DNA from: Candidatus Saccharimonadales bacterium
GTDB lineage: Bacteria; Patescibacteriota; UBA1384; 2-12-FULL-50-11
Assembly (NCBI GenBank): GCA_035480235.1
Contig: DATIHX010000005.1
Span: forward strand, 551 to 64,550
Direction: 5' to 3'
Length of the DNA: 64,000 nucleotides
Shown: positions 18,958 through 29,608 of the stretch, piece by piece
How positions within the stretch are numbered: the first letter of the stretch is position 1
Layout: every line of letters starts with the position of its first letter
Made by a program: the position numbers and the translations under genes
The notes under the pieces: model-generated
What the model was told of the DNA's origin: nothing
Seen by the model: only the letters and a program-made list of their open reading frames with translations
The model's database searches: none

Positions 18958-21900
18958 TCAAGCCTTGGCTTCGCGGATTTGCTTTTCTTCGGCCACAGCT
19001 TCGGCAACCGTCTCTTCCGCCGGGGCTTCGGTAGCACTGACGTCAGAGTCGTGTTCGTCGTCTTTAGCGGCTTTAACGATTTCGTCGGTAGCGATGTCGT
19101 CGGGCGCTTCGCCCTCAAGCCCAGATTGGCCGAGTAATGATTCGGCGTAACCGGTACCGGCTGGGATAAGTTTACCGATAATGACGTTTTCTTTGAGTCC
19201 GCGGAGCGGATCGACAGCGCCTTTGGTGGCAGCTTCGATCAAAACGCGAGTTGTTTCTTGGAACGAAGCAGCCGAAAGGAAGCTATTGGTTTGCAGCGAA
19301 GCCCGGGTGATGCCAAGAATGATTTGGTCAAACTCAATCGGCCGCTCTCCCGCTTTTTTCATGGTTTCAACCATCCGAATGGCATCGAGTTTAGCGATGA
19401 CTTGGCCGGGCAAGAATGTTGAGTCACCACCATTAACGATCCGAACCTTCGAGAACATTGACCGAGCGATAATCTCGATGTGTTTTTCGTTGACACCGGC
19501 GCCGTGGCCAGAGTAAATGTTTTGAACTTCTTTGATGATATAGTCTTGGGTGGCTTGTAAACCTTGTAACTCGAGCGACATAGCGGGGTCGACGTGGCCT
19601 TCTGTTAGCTGCTGGCCTTTGGTAACCTTGCCGCCGTTTTCCACCCGTAACGTAACATCGCCGGCTAAGGTGTAGCTGGCTTTAACTGGCTCCAGTGAGG
19701 TGATGGTAATTTTCTTCCCCTTAATATCGACGCGGCCGCCGACCGAGGCCCGGATGGCCTTTTTGTCGGGCGCGGTGGCCACGGCTTGCTTCGGCTTGAT
19801 GATGGCTTTGTCTTTAACAGCCGGTTCGTAGTCTTCTACCAACTGATGGGTTTCGGTTTCAATTTCCGAACTTAAAATCTCTAAGTGGGTAGTGTCCTTA
19901 ACTTCATGAATAATCACCTTGCCGTCGATTTCGGCCAGGACGGCCGGGTTGTGCGGCGGGCGGGCTTCGAAGATTTCTTCAACCCGCGGCAAACCGCTGG
20001 TAACGTCGCCACCCGAGAAAACGCCGCCCATATGGAAGGTTTTCATCGTCAGTTGCGTACCCGGTTCACCGATGGCTTGAGCGGCCATGATACCGGCAGC
20101 GATGCCGATAGCGGCCATTTGACCAGTGGAGAGATCGCGGCCGTAGCAGTGGCGACAGACGCCCCACTCGGCTTGGCAGTGCAAGACCGAGCGAACTTTC
20201 ACTTCGGTGACGCCAGCTTCCAGAATACTATTGAGGTTGTCTTCGGTAATTTCTTTCTTAGCGCCCAACACAACTTTGCCATCTTTGCCTTTAATGGCTT
20301 CCAGGGTAACTCGGCCGATAAGCCGGTCGGCGTATGGCTCGCCGTATTCGGCGCTGTTGGCTTCACGAATAGTCACGCCTTCTTTAACACCGCAGTCTTC
20401 AACGGTGATCACCACGTCCTGGGAGACGTCGACTAACCGACGGGTTAAGTAACCAGCGTCGGCCGTTTTCAGCGAAGTATCAGACTTACCTTTACGCGAA
20501 CCGTGGGTGGAGATAAAGTATTCCAACACGTTGAGGCCTTCTTTGTAGTTAGAGGTAATCGGCACGTCGATAATGCCGCCCTGCGGGTTAACCACTAAGC
20601 CTTTCATACCGGCTAGCTGTACCAACTGGTTCGAAGAACCCCGAGCGCCGGACGTAACCATTGTCCAAATTGAAGAGTTTTTATCGAATGAGTTCTTCAC
20701 TTCAACTTCCATTTGGTTGCGGATCTCGCTCCATTTTTCGATGGATAGCTTCTTACGCTCGTCGTCGGTAATCAAGCCGCGGCGGTAGCGCTTGGAAATT
20801 TCATCGATAGCGTCGTCGCCGGTTTTCAGCAGCTCTTTGCGTTTTTCCGGCACGTTAATGTCGAAAATCGACATCGTCATACCGGATTTTTCCGAGAAGC
20901 GGAAACCGAGTTGCATTAAATCGTCAGCCATCTTGGCCGTGGCGGCTTTGCCGAAGAGCTTGTAGATCTCTCGCATAATTTGCTTGAGACGTTTGGTATC
21001 CAGCGCCTCGTTGACGTAACCGTAGCCATTGGGGAAAATCGCGTTAGTTAAAGCGCGACCAACAGTCGTGTCCAAGCGCTCGTCGCCAACTCGCAGGCTG
21101 ATTTTGGCTTGGGGGTGAAGATTGCCACGTTGATAGTCAACTTTAACGTCTTGGATACTGGCGTAGCTGCGGCCTTCGCCTTTGACGCCGGCTTTTTCGT
21201 TGGTTAGGTAGAAAAGACCGAAGACAATATCAAGACGAGGGGCGTTCAACGGTTCGCCGGAAGCTGGTTTGAGCAAGTTATTGGTCGAAGCCATTAAGGT
21301 TCGGGCTTCTTCTTTGGCTTTGTCGGAGAGCGGAACGTGAACGGCCATTTGGTCGCCATCAAAGTCAGCGTTATAGGCGGCGCAGACCAGCGGGTGCAGC
21401 TGGATCGCTTTCCCTTCAATCAGGATCGGCCGGAAGGCTTGAATGCCGAGCCGGTGAAGGGTCGGGGCGCGGTTCAACAGGACGTGGGCTTTCGAAGTGA
21501 CTTCTTCTAAAATCTCCCAAACTTCCGGCGTGCCGCGCTCGATTAAACGAGCGGCGTTTTTGACGTTATGAACGTATTCGTCGCGAATTAATCGGCTGAT
21601 CACAAACGGTTTGAAGAGTTCGAGAGCCATGACTTTCGGTAAGCCGCATTGATCGAGTTTCAAATTCGGGCCAACGACGATAACGGAACGGCCCGAGTAA
21701 TCAACCCGTTTACCGAGTAAGTTTTGGCGGAAACGGCCTTGTTTGCCGCGAAGCATATCGGAGAGCGAGCGCGGCTGACGGCCGGTCACCCCCTGGGTTT
21801 TTCGGGCCGAGTTATCGATTAACGAATCGACCGCTTCTTGCATCATTCGTTTTTCGTTACGGGCAATCACATCCGGCGCACTTTGGTTTAATAATCGCTT

Positions 21901-22869
21901 TAAGCGGTTATTACGGTTAATAACCCGGCGGTAGAGGTCGTTTAAGTCGCTGGAAGCGAACCGGCCACCGTCCAGTTGAACCATCGGCCGTAAATCCGGC
22001 GGCAGTACCGGCAATTTAGTAATAATGAACCACTCCGGCTTGATGCCGGCCATTTTCAAATCGGTGAGCAAGCGCAAACGCTTGGTGAGACGGCGGGCGG
22101 CGGCGGGCAAACTCAGGCGTAATTCACCACGAATCTTGCTAATTTCGGCATCGACATCGATTTTCTTCAAGAGATCCAAAATCGCCTCGGCGCCGATACC
22201 GACTTTAATAACGTTGCCGAAGCGCAACGAGATTTCTTGATATTTGCCTTCGGAAATAATTGACTTGGCTTCCAAGCTGGTTAAATCGGCCTTGGCGGCT
22301 TTGTAATTCAGCTCCAGTTGCTCAAGCCGTTCCGCGGAATCTTTCAGTAAGGTTTTGGCGGCTTTGTACTCGCTCTCCAATTGTTCCAGGGCTTGGGCCT
22401 TCAACTCATCGTTAACCGAAAGAATAATGAAGCTGGCGAAATAAATTACTTTTTCCAGTTCGCCAACCGGGACATCTAGAACGGTGGAGGCGGTGTACGG
22501 TACGCCGCGGACGTACCAAATGTGGGCGACCGGAACAGCCAAGTCGATATGACCCATTCGCTCCCGACGAACCGAGCTACGGGTGACTTCCACGCCGCAC
22601 TTGTCGCAAATTACGCCTTTGTAACGGATCCGTTTATACTTGCCGCAGTAACACTCCCAGTCTTTAGTTGGGCCGAAAATTCTTTCGTCAAACAAACCGT
22701 CACGCTCGGGTTTTTGGGTCCGGTAGTTGATAGTTTCTGGTTTGAGAACTTCACCGAAGCTCCATTTTTCAATATCTTCCGGGCTGGCAACGCGAACACG
22801 CAAGCCTTCAAGATTGAGTAAATTGAACTCCGGTTTTTCGTTCCGGACGGACATTTTTAGTTCGCTCAT
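18958..22869 (-). CDS. rpoC: DNA-directed RNA polymerase subunit beta-prime
   Basis: ORF track 1303 aa; Zn-finger CYCGKYKR...CDKCGVEV and NADFDGD catalytic motif. Confidence 0.97.
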   Translation of the reverse strand: MSELKMSVRNEKPEFNLLNLEGLRVRVASPEDIEKWSFGEVLKPETINYRTQKPERDGLFDERIFGPTKDWECYCGKYKRIRYKGVICDKCGVEVTRSSVRRERMGHIDLAVPVAHIWYVRGVPYTASTVLDVPVGELEKVIYFASFIILSVNDELKAQALEQLESEYKAAKTLLKDSAERLEQLELNYKAAKADLTSLEAKSIISEGKYQEISLRFGNVIKVGIGAEAILDLLKKIDVDAEISKIRGELRLSLPAAARRLTKRLRLLTDLKMAGIKPEWFIITKLPVLPPDLRPMVQLDGGRFASSDLNDLYRRVINRNNRLKRLLNQSAPDVIARNEKRMMQEAVDSLIDNSARKTQGVTGRQPRSLSDMLRGKQGRFRQNLLGKRVDYSGRSVIVVGPNLKLDQCGLPKVMALELFKPFVISRLIRDEYVHNVKNAARLIERGTPEVWEILEEVTSKAHVLLNRAPTLHRLGIQAFRPILIEGKAIQLHPLVCAAYNADFDGDQMAVHVPLSDKAKEEARTLMASTNNLLKPASGEPLNAPRLDIVFGLFYLTNEKAGVKGEGRSYASIQDVKVDYQRGNLHPQAKISLRVGDERLDTTVGRALTNAIFPNGYGYVNEALDTKRLKQIMREIYKLFGKAATAKMADDLMQLGFRFSEKSGMTMSIFDINVPEKRKELLKTGDDAIDEISKRYRRGLITDDERKKLSIEKWSEIRNQMEVEVKNSFDKNSSIWTMVTSGARGSSNQLVQLAGMKGLVVNPQGGIIDVPITSNYKEGLNVLEYFISTHGSRKGKSDTSLKTADAGYLTRRLVDVSQDVVITVEDCGVKEGVTIREANSAEYGEPYADRLIGRVTLEAIKGKDGKVVLGAKKEITEDNLNSILEAGVTEVKVRSVLHCQAEWGVCRHCYGRDLSTGQMAAIGIAAGIMAAQAIGEPGTQLTMKTFHMGGVFSGGDVTSGLPRVEEIFEARPPHNPAVLAEIDGKVIIHEVKDTTHLEILSSEIETETHQLVEDYEPAVKDKAIIKPKQAVATAPDKKAIRASVGGRVDIKGKKITITSLEPVKASYTLAGDVTLRVENGGKVTKGQQLTEGHVDPAMSLELQGLQATQDYIIKEVQNIYSGHGAGVNEKHIEIIARSMFSKVRIVNGGDSTFLPGQVIAKLDAIRMVETMKKAGERPIEFDQIILGITRASLQTNSFLSAASFQETTRVLIEAATKGAVDPLRGLKENVIIGKLIPAGTGYAESLLGQSGLEGEAPDDIATDEIVKAAKDDEHDSDVSATEAPAEETVAEAVAEEKQIREAKA

Positions 22870-25800
22870 TCTGTCTCCTTTACTTTTGCGCTACTAGTGG
22901 CTGCGACTTCGCTTTCTTCCTCTTCTTCAACGATCGGGACAGTGGGGATATAGGCTTCCATCATCGGTAGAGCTTCGGATTCCAGTAGCGACCGGCCGGC
23001 CTCGATTTTTTTCATCTCTTCCAGGGTCTCGATAACTTCTACATTCAAGCCCAAACTCTGGAGCTCGCGAACCAGAACAGCAAACGAAGCCGGGATTTGC
23101 GGTTTCTGAATAGTCTCACCCTTAATGATCGCTTCATAGGCTTTAGCCCGGCCGATGACGTCATCGGATTTAATCGTCAGCATCTCTTGCAGGGAGTGAG
23201 CGGCGCCGTAAGCTTCGAGCGCCCAAACTTCCATTTCGCCGAACCGTTGGCCGCCGAATTGGGCTTTTCCACCGAGCGGCTGCTGGGTGACCATCGAGTA
23301 CGGTCCGGTTGAGCGGGCGTGCATCTTGTCATCAACCAAGTGAATGAGTTTCAAAATATATTTGACGCCGATGGTGGTTTGTTCGTCGTAACCTTCGCCG
23401 GTTCGGCCGTCGCGAAGTTGAATTTTACCGTTCGTCGGCAGATTAGCTTTTTTCAACTCCTCTTCGATATTAGCCACTGGGACGCCGAAGAAAGCCGGGG
23501 TGGCAACATTGTAGCCGAGTTTGTCAGCCGCCCAGCCGAGGTGGGTTTCCAAGATTTGACCGAGATTCATCCGGGAGATAACGCCGAGCGGGTTCAAGAT
23601 GATATCAACCGGGGTGCCGTCCGGCAGAAATGGCATGTCTTCTTCCGATACGACCCGGGAGATGACGCCTTTATTACCGTGACGGCCGGCCATTTTATCA
23701 CCAACGGTAATCTTGCGCAGTTGAGCCACTGAAACCTCAATTTGCTGGTAAACGCCAGCCGGTAGCTCGTCGCCGTTTGGTTTTGAGAAGATCTTAACAC
23801 CGACAATTTTACCGCGTTCGCCGTGCGGTAAGCGCAAGGAAGTATCCTTAACGTCTTTGGCTTTTTCGCCAAAGATCGCTCGCAGGAGTTTTTCTTCGGC
23901 CGTCAATTCGGTCTCGCCGCGGGGGGTAATTTTACCGACCATAATGTCGCCGGGGCCGATTTCGGCGCCGATCCGAACAATGCCTTGTTCATCAAGGTTA
24001 GCCAGCGCTTCATCACCGACGTTTGGAATGTCTCGGGTAATCAGCTCCGGTCCGAGTTTCGTGTCACGGACTTCGGCCGAGTATTTTTCGATGTGAATTG
24101 AGGTGAACCGGTCGTCTTTAACCAGCCGCTCGGAAATAATAATGGCGTCTTCGTAGTTGTAGCCGCCCCAGCTCATATAAGCCACTGTAACGTTTTGGCC
24201 GATCGCCAGTTCACCGTTTTCAGATGCCGATGAGTCGACAATCACTTGACCGGCTTTGACTTTATCGCCCACTAAAACAGCGGGACGTTGGTTAATACAG
24301 GTCGATTGGTTGGAACGGACAAATTTCAATAAATCGTATGTCCGGTCGCCTTTTTTGCCCTTAATAACAATTCTATTACTGTCGACGGCTGTCACTAGCC
24401 CTTCTTCTTCGGCCACAATGAGCTGGCCAGAATCTTTAACGGCGCCTTCCAGGCCGGTACCGATAATTGGCGCTTGCGGGCGAACTAATGGTACCGCTTG
24501 CCGTTGCATGTTCGAACCCATCGAGGCCCGAACGGCTTCGTCGTGCTCAACAAAAGGAATTAGGGCCGTGGAGATGGAAACGGTTTGCTGCGGCGAGATG
24601 TCGATATAATCAATGTTAGTCACTGATTCGACGATTGGCTCACCCGACCGACGAGCAACAATTTTGGCTCCAGAGAGAAAGCCTTTATCGTCAATTTTAG
24701 TTGAGAACGGCGCCAGCGTGTATTTTTCTTCTTCAAAGGCGTCGAGGTATTCGACAGTAGTACTGAGTTTAGCTTTACCGTCTTTGGTTTTGTCAATTTT
24801 CCGGTACGGCGTCTCGATGAAACCGTACTCGTTGACTCGGGCAGAAGCAGCTAAATAGCCGACCAAACCGATATTCTGGCCTTCCGGGGTAGTAATCGGG
24901 CAAATCCGGCCGTAGTGCGAGCGATGAACGTCGCGAACATCAAAACCAGCGTGTTCGCGGGCGATACCACCAGGACCGGTAGCCGAGAGGGTTCGCTTGT
25001 GCTCCAATTCAGCCAGCGGATTGGTTTGGTTCATGAATTGGCTCATTTGGCTGGAGGCGAAGAATTCTTGCAGCACGGCAGCAACCGGCCGGCTGTTAAT
25101 GAGGGCGATCGGATTAACTTCGTCGGGCTCCACCACTTGGCTCATCCGGTCTTTAATAATCCGCTCCATCCGCATCAAACCGACGCGTAATCGCGACTGA
25201 ACGAGCTCACCGACCGCCCGAACGCGGCGATTCTTCAAGTGGTCAACGTCATCCGGCAAGGCGCCCGGTGTGTTATTAAGTTTAATCACCTCTTTTATGG
25301 TTTCGATAATATCTTCCACCCGCAGAACCCGATTTTTAGCGGTGTTAGGGATGTTCATTTCCAGTCGTTGGTTAATTTTGTAGCGGCCAACTCGGCCCAA
25401 ATCGTAACGTTTAGCGTTAAAGAAGACGTTTTGAACAAAAGTTTCAGCCGTTTCCGGCGTTACCAAATCGCCGGGGCGGATCCGTTTGTAGACTTCGACG
25501 ATGGCTTCTTCAAAGGTCTTAGCCGGGTCGCGGGCCAGCGTGCTCTCGATGTATTGGTGGTCCTTATTAGTATCGACGTCTTTGAAGAAATTCCGGATTT
25601 GTTTGTCGTCGTATTTGCCCAGCGCTCGCAGGAAAGTAGTCACGGGAATGCGGCGTTTACGGTCGACTTTCACCGAGACAACATCGCGTGAGTTGGTTTC
25701 AAACTCCAGCCAAGCGCCGCGATTCGGGATGATTTTGGCGCCAAACAGCCGGCGGCCGGAGATCTCCTCGGCCACAAATAAGACGCCGAACGACCGGATA

Positions 25801-26180
25801 ATTTGGGAGACGACGACGCGTTCGACGCCGTTAATAATAAATGTGCCGCGCTCGGTCATCAGCGGATAATCGCCCAAGAAGACTTCCGCGGTTTTAACTT
25901 TTTTAGTTAATTTATTGGTTAATTTAATTTGGCAGCGGAGCGGCGCTTTAAAAGTGAGATTTTTGTCTTTGGCGGTTTTTTCGTCGTATTTCGGCTTATC
26001 TAATGAATAAGCGCCCAGTTCGAGTTCAAAGAGCTTGCCGGTAAAGTCGGAAACTGGCGAAATCTCATTCAACAACTCACCGATCCCCTCTTCAAACAGC
26101 CAGTGATAACTTTTTAATTGCACCTCGATGAGGTTACTTAGGGCAGTACTCGTTTCGAGCGGACGAAAATATTTACGCAG
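22866..26180 (-). CDS. rpoB: DNA-directed RNA polymerase subunit beta (start probably CTG at 26178-26180)
   Basis: ORF track 22866..26123 (GTG). The frame stays open upstream and encodes RKYFRPLETSTALSNLIEV, conserved-looking RpoB N-terminal residues; GGGAGG SD (26186-26191) lies 5 nt before the CTG. Confidence 0.9.
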   Translation of the reverse strand: MRKYFRPLETSTALSNLIEVQLKSYHWLFEEGIGELLNEISPVSDFTGKLFELELGAYSLDKPKYDEKTAKDKNLTFKAPLRCQIKLTNKLTKKVKTAEVFLGDYPLMTERGTFIINGVERVVVSQIIRSFGVLFVAEEISGRRLFGAKIIPNRGAWLEFETNSRDVVSVKVDRKRRIPVTTFLRALGKYDDKQIRNFFKDVDTNKDHQYIESTLARDPAKTFEEAIVEVYKRIRPGDLVTPETAETFVQNVFFNAKRYDLGRVGRYKINQRLEMNIPNTAKNRVLRVEDIIETIKEVIKLNNTPGALPDDVDHLKNRRVRAVGELVQSRLRVGLMRMERIIKDRMSQVVEPDEVNPIALINSRPVAAVLQEFFASSQMSQFMNQTNPLAELEHKRTLSATGPGGIAREHAGFDVRDVHRSHYGRICPITTPEGQNIGLVGYLAASARVNEYGFIETPYRKIDKTKDGKAKLSTTVEYLDAFEEEKYTLAPFSTKIDDKGFLSGAKIVARRSGEPIVESVTNIDYIDISPQQTVSISTALIPFVEHDEAVRASMGSNMQRQAVPLVRPQAPIIGTGLEGAVKDSGQLIVAEEEGLVTAVDSNRIVIKGKKGDRTYDLLKFVRSNQSTCINQRPAVLVGDKVKAGQVIVDSSASENGELAIGQNVTVAYMSWGGYNYEDAIIISERLVKDDRFTSIHIEKYSAEVRDTKLGPELITRDIPNVGDEALANLDEQGIVRIGAEIGPGDIMVGKITPRGETELTAEEKLLRAIFGEKAKDVKDTSLRLPHGERGKIVGVKIFSKPNGDELPAGVYQQIEVSVAQLRKITVGDKMAGRHGNKGVISRVVSEEDMPFLPDGTPVDIILNPLGVISRMNLGQILETHLGWAADKLGYNVATPAFFGVPVANIEEELKKANLPTNGKIQLRDGRTGEGYDEQTTIGVKYILKLIHLVDDKMHARSTGPYSMVTQQPLGGKAQFGGQRFGEMEVWALEAYGAAHSLQEMLTIKSDDVIGRAKAYEAIIKGETIQKPQIPASFAVLVRELQSLGLNVEVIETLEEMKKIEAGRSLLESEALPMMEAYIPTVPIVEEEEESEVAATSSAKVKETE

Positions 26181-26352
26181 CTTAGCCTCCCTTGCAGTGG
26201 TTAATTTTTTTTGTAGTAATAAAGTGGGTCGTTCGGTGAGGAAAGAAGCCCGCAGCTGAACCTGAGCCTAACAGATATCTTAGCTCCGAGCGGAGCATAT
26301 AACAAGCGGCTTGTGGTCGCAATATTGCCTTTTTCCTCAACTAACTGTTACT

Positions 26353-26381
26353 AGAATAACCTTTAATCATTGACGTGTCAA
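26353..26381 (-). promoter_or_regulatory. promoter-like TTGACA-17-TATTCT for rpoB (about 165-nt leader)
   Basis: Its -35 is the right half of the palindrome TTGACGTGTCAA. Confidence 0.5.
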
Positions 26382-26398
26382 GGTTTTTTCTCTAAGCT
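26370..26398 (+). promoter_or_regulatory. promoter-like TTGACG-17-TAAGCT
   Basis: Upstream of ORF 26437-26961; back to back with the rpoB promoter. Confidence 0.5.
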
Positions 26399-26436
26399 GG
26401 CATTAGCACTTTTAAATTGCGTACCAGGAGAAGAAC

Positions 26437-26961
26437 ATGTGGTTTAGAAAAAGACTGCCGGAGCCTGTGAATACTGTGACGGCGACACCTATTCCAAATT
26501 CAGTGGCCATCCTTGTTGTTGGTCTAGATGATATATCTAGGGAAGACGTCAATTCTCTTTCGAAATCATTGGAATATGTCTCGGACGACAGAAAGTCGGG
26601 TAAGCATTGGCTTGAGAAGCAAGGCCTTTCAAAAGGCTTACGGATTATTCCTGTCCCATTGGATTGGGTTAAGTGGCGACTTTCAAGGAAGATAGGGAGA
26701 GAAGTTCGGCCAACTGACCCAGAATTAATCATTGAGGCCGAAATCGGATCATACACACCGAGAAAGAATTGTCGTCCGTGGTGGTCTGTTCGATTACGAG
26801 TTTTTTATCCTGATGGTCGGCAAAAATCTGCGACAGTTTGTAGAACTAAGGATTTTAACCAAGTATCGAGTGTGGCGTATGATTTAGCTTTGGCTGATGA
26901 TTTAGCCAGAAGTGCTGACATTCTCTTTAGAGAGGTTTCGGCAGACGCACCACCCTCATAA
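26437..26961 (+). CDS. hypothetical protein (orphan cassette)
   Basis: ORF track 174 aa; promoter TTGACG-17-TAAGCT, AGGAG SD, terminator 26964-26982; no family recognised. Confidence 0.55.
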   Translation: MWFRKRLPEPVNTVTATPIPNSVAILVVGLDDISREDVNSLSKSLEYVSDDRKSGKHWLEKQGLSKGLRIIPVPLDWVKWRLSRKIGREVRPTDPELIIEAEIGSYTPRKNCRPWWSVRLRVFYPDGRQKSATVCRTKDFNQVSSVAYDLALADDLARSADILFREVSADAPPS

Positions 26962-26963
26962 CA

Positions 26964-26982
26964 AGCCCTCCGGGGCTTTTTT
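26964..26982 (+). terminator. intrinsic terminator
   Basis: agccc tccg gggct + T-run. Confidence 0.7.
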
Positions 26983-27949
26983 AATTAAGCCTGACCTGTT
27001 CAGCCACAAAGCGGGTTAGCTGATCGATATTTTCCCTGGTGGTAGCGCTCACAAATAAAACGTTTTTGAATTGTTTTTTGAGCTCATTTAACTCTTCGGG
27101 GCTAAGGAGATCGATTTTATTAATAACCAGTTGGCGAGGTAGTTTAGCCAGTTTCGGGTCGAACATTTTTAGTTCTTTTTCGATCACCGAGCGCGAGTCG
27201 TTGATTGGCAACGTGGCGTCAACAATATGGAGAATCGCCCGGACTCGAGTGGCGTGTTTTAAAAATTCGTCGCCGAGGCCCCTGCCGTGGTGAGCGCCGG
27301 CCAGCAGACCAGGCAAATCAACCAACGTCACGGTCCGATCACCGCGGCGCATTACCCCCAGAACCGGTTGGTGGGTGGAAAATGCGTAAGCGCCGATTCG
27401 GCCTTCGACGCCAGTCAAAGCCGCCAACAACGATGACTTGCCGGCGTTTGGTTCGCCAATTAAGGCCACGTCAGCCACTAAGCGAAGCTCTAATTTGACC
27501 TTCTGGCTTTCGCCCGGCTCCCCTTCGGTAAATTCGGTCGGATGTTGGTGGGTGGAGCTGACAAAATGCGGGTTGCCGAGGCCGCCGTTGCCGCCTCTGG
27601 CGATTAAGTATGTTTCGTCGCCCCTGGTGAAATCGTGAACCATCGCCCCGGTTTGGACGTCGGTAACGACGGTGCCGACTGGTACCAGCAGCTCCAAATC
27701 GGCGCCGCCACGACCGGCCATTTTTTTACTCCGGCCGTTTTCCCCCGGCTCAGCTTGAAAAACTTTCCGGTAACGAAACGAACTTAAGGTGTCGAGGTTA
27801 TTTGTTGTTCGCAGTACAATATTACCGCCGCGACCGCCGTCACCGCCGTCCGGCCCACCTTTGGGAACGTATTTTTCCCGCCGCCAAGAAACCTTGCCGT
27901 TACCGCCGTTGCCAGCTTTAATAGTAAGTTCGACCGAGTCGATAAGCAT
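26981..27949 (-). CDS. obg: GTPase Obg (short form)
   Basis: ORF track 322 aa; Gly-rich Obg fold KAGNGGNG...GGPDGGDGGRGG and G-domain GEPNAGKSS. Confidence 0.93.
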   Translation of the reverse strand: MLIDSVELTIKAGNGGNGKVSWRREKYVPKGGPDGGDGGRGGNIVLRTTNNLDTLSSFRYRKVFQAEPGENGRSKKMAGRGGADLELLVPVGTVVTDVQTGAMVHDFTRGDETYLIARGGNGGLGNPHFVSSTHQHPTEFTEGEPGESQKVKLELRLVADVALIGEPNAGKSSLLAALTGVEGRIGAYAFSTHQPVLGVMRRGDRTVTLVDLPGLLAGAHHGRGLGDEFLKHATRVRAILHIVDATLPINDSRSVIEKELKMFDPKLAKLPRQLVINKIDLLSPEELNELKKQFKNVLFVSATTRENIDQLTRFVAEQVRLN

Positions 27950-28090
27950 AAGTCCATTATACCTTAGTAAAGGTAAAAAATTTTCAATAATTAATATTTA
28001 AGTTACAAGTAATACTTAGAGAATTAATAATTAAGTATTAGAACATTGAATATTATTTGTAACTTAGTTATTGAATATTGGTTATTTCTT
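27950..28090. repeat. AT-rich imperfect long hairpin spacer upstream of obg
   Basis: taagttacaa/ttgtaactta and aatactta/taagtatt complementary blocks; contains TATAAT 6 nt before the obg ATG. Confidence 0.75.
27956..27961 (-). promoter_or_regulatory. consensus -10 TATAAT 6 nt upstream of the obg ATG; leaderless candidate
   Basis: No SD between the -10 and ATG 27947-27949. Confidence 0.45.
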
Positions 28091-29608
28091 TTAGTTCGTT
28101 GTGCTGAATACCACTTTCAACAGCTCTTGATAGAGGACCGTTGGGTTAGCGCCGAAGGTATCGTCGTAGTTAATAGCGTAGCTAACAGTCGGTAAGAGTG
28201 ACGGCAAGCGAACCGAGTGGCCGGCCACAAAAATGCCTTTAGCCGACAAACCGTTGCTGGGCACTTGGTAGCCAAAGGTGATATCGCTGTTGGTGCCGAT
28301 GGCCGCGTAGGCGCCGCAACCGATGGCTGGGCTAACGAAATTGATACTGCCAGTGGCGATAATCCCCAACCGGGTGCCGGGCGCACAGGTGATGTTGCCG
28401 TCCAACTCGACCGAGCCGTTAACGGCGATGGTCCCACTGCCGGTAAAGGTGATGTTGCCGGGGATTCGCAAGAAACTGTTGCTCTGCAAATACCAGAGTT
28501 TGCCCTCGGGTGGCGTCGAAAAACTACTGACGGCCGGGTTGGCTGGGTCGTTGGTGCTGGAATTGAGGTTCCAGGTGCCACCGCTGAAAGTGGTACCGCT
28601 TTGGAAATTAGCGCCGCCTGGTACGGTACCGCCGGTTCGCTTAGCGAAAAGCGTATTCAGCTCCGGCTGAACATTAGCCCAATTAAACTTGGTAGCGCTC
28701 TGGTTGAGGTAATTTTGAATTTTTTGGCTGGCGTTGGCGATGTTACCGACGGTGCCGCCGATGGCGATAGCGTTGGAGACGGCGTTGAAATCGAAGCCGT
28801 CAATGGTTCCGGCAGCCGCCACGTTGCCTTGGATGTTAATGGCACCGGTGACGCCCAGCGGGATCGCCTGAAGGGTATAAATTGGGCCAGTGGTGCCGCG
28901 TTCGGTCGTATCAAATTTCACATTTTCTTTGAGGCAGAGAAAGCCGCCACCGATATCGACGGCGCCGGTGTTGGTACAAATATAAGTGTCGTTGAGGTCG
29001 TTATGGCGCGGAAAAGTGGTGACAAATTGCTGGTAACTGGCGACGGCCGTTTTGGGCAAAGTAGTAGCGCCCCCGCCGGATTTGAAGGTCAGCCGGTAAG
29101 GAAAAACAATTTTGGCGCAGACCGCAAAACAGGGAAACGGCGGAGCAAAAGCTTGAGCGGTTAACGAGCTTTGGAGTTTTTTCTCAAGCGTTGCCAGTAA
29201 ACTGCCGCCCTTTTGGTTATGTAAAGCCAGCTGGCCGCCGCCCTTGACGAAACCCTGAACGGTGATGATGTAGCCCTGCGAACGAGTATTGTCGAGATTG
29301 CTGGAATCGTAATGAGTGGTGGTGTTGACGGTGTACGGCCCAGCCGTGGTTGGCGCAAATTGGCCGGTCGCTGGGTTAAAAGTGAAAGTTTGAGTGCCAA
29401 CGTTGCCGGCGTTACCGATCCGCAGTTGATCCGGAGTTAACAGCTCTTTAGCCGGCAAATAAATGGTGAGGGTACCGGTGGTTGTGCCCCCGCCACCAGT
29501 ACCGCCGCCGATGCCGCCTACTTGGGCGGCGCTACGTTTGGGCGCTAAAGTGAAAATAACGGCGACAAGCCCGAGCGCTAAAATAATTTGCCAGAGTCGT
29601 TTGGTCAT
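28091..29608 (-). CDS. hypothetical secreted Gly/Thr/Asn-rich protein
   Basis: ORF track 505 aa; N-terminal signal/anchor LWQIILALGLVAVIFTLA then GGIGGGTGGGGTTTG; repetitive G-x-I/V segments suggest a beta-rich surface protein; overlaps upstream ORF by 4 nt. Confidence 0.65.
   Translation of the reverse strand: MTKRLWQIILALGLVAVIFTLAPKRSAAQVGGIGGGTGGGGTTTGTLTIYLPAKELLTPDQLRIGNAGNVGTQTFTFNPATGQFAPTTAGPYTVNTTTHYDSSNLDNTRSQGYIITVQGFVKGGGQLALHNQKGGSLLATLEKKLQSSLTAQAFAPPFPCFAVCAKIVFPYRLTFKSGGGATTLPKTAVASYQQFVTTFPRHNDLNDTYICTNTGAVDIGGGFLCLKENVKFDTTERGTTGPIYTLQAIPLGVTGAINIQGNVAAAGTIDGFDFNAVSNAIAIGGTVGNIANASQKIQNYLNQSATKFNWANVQPELNTLFAKRTGGTVPGGANFQSGTTFSGGTWNLNSSTNDPANPAVSSFSTPPEGKLWYLQSNSFLRIPGNITFTGSGTIAVNGSVELDGNITCAPGTRLGIIATGSINFVSPAIGCGAYAAIGTNSDITFGYQVPSNGLSAKGIFVAGHSVRLPSLLPTVSYAINYDDTFGANPTVLYQELLKVVFSTTN

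Noticed and set aside
28217-29164. Long ORFs antisense to or overlapping real genes. Examples: 28217-29164 (+), 32747-33481 (+), 3174-3857 (+), 16918-17487 (+), 44382-44879 (-), 48567-49034 (-), 37339-37809 (+).
   Set aside because: They lie entirely inside well-supported conserved genes on the other strand, have no SD or promoter, and have low-complexity Ala/Arg/Ser/Pro-rich translations. This is typical of shadow frames opposite GC3-rich genes.
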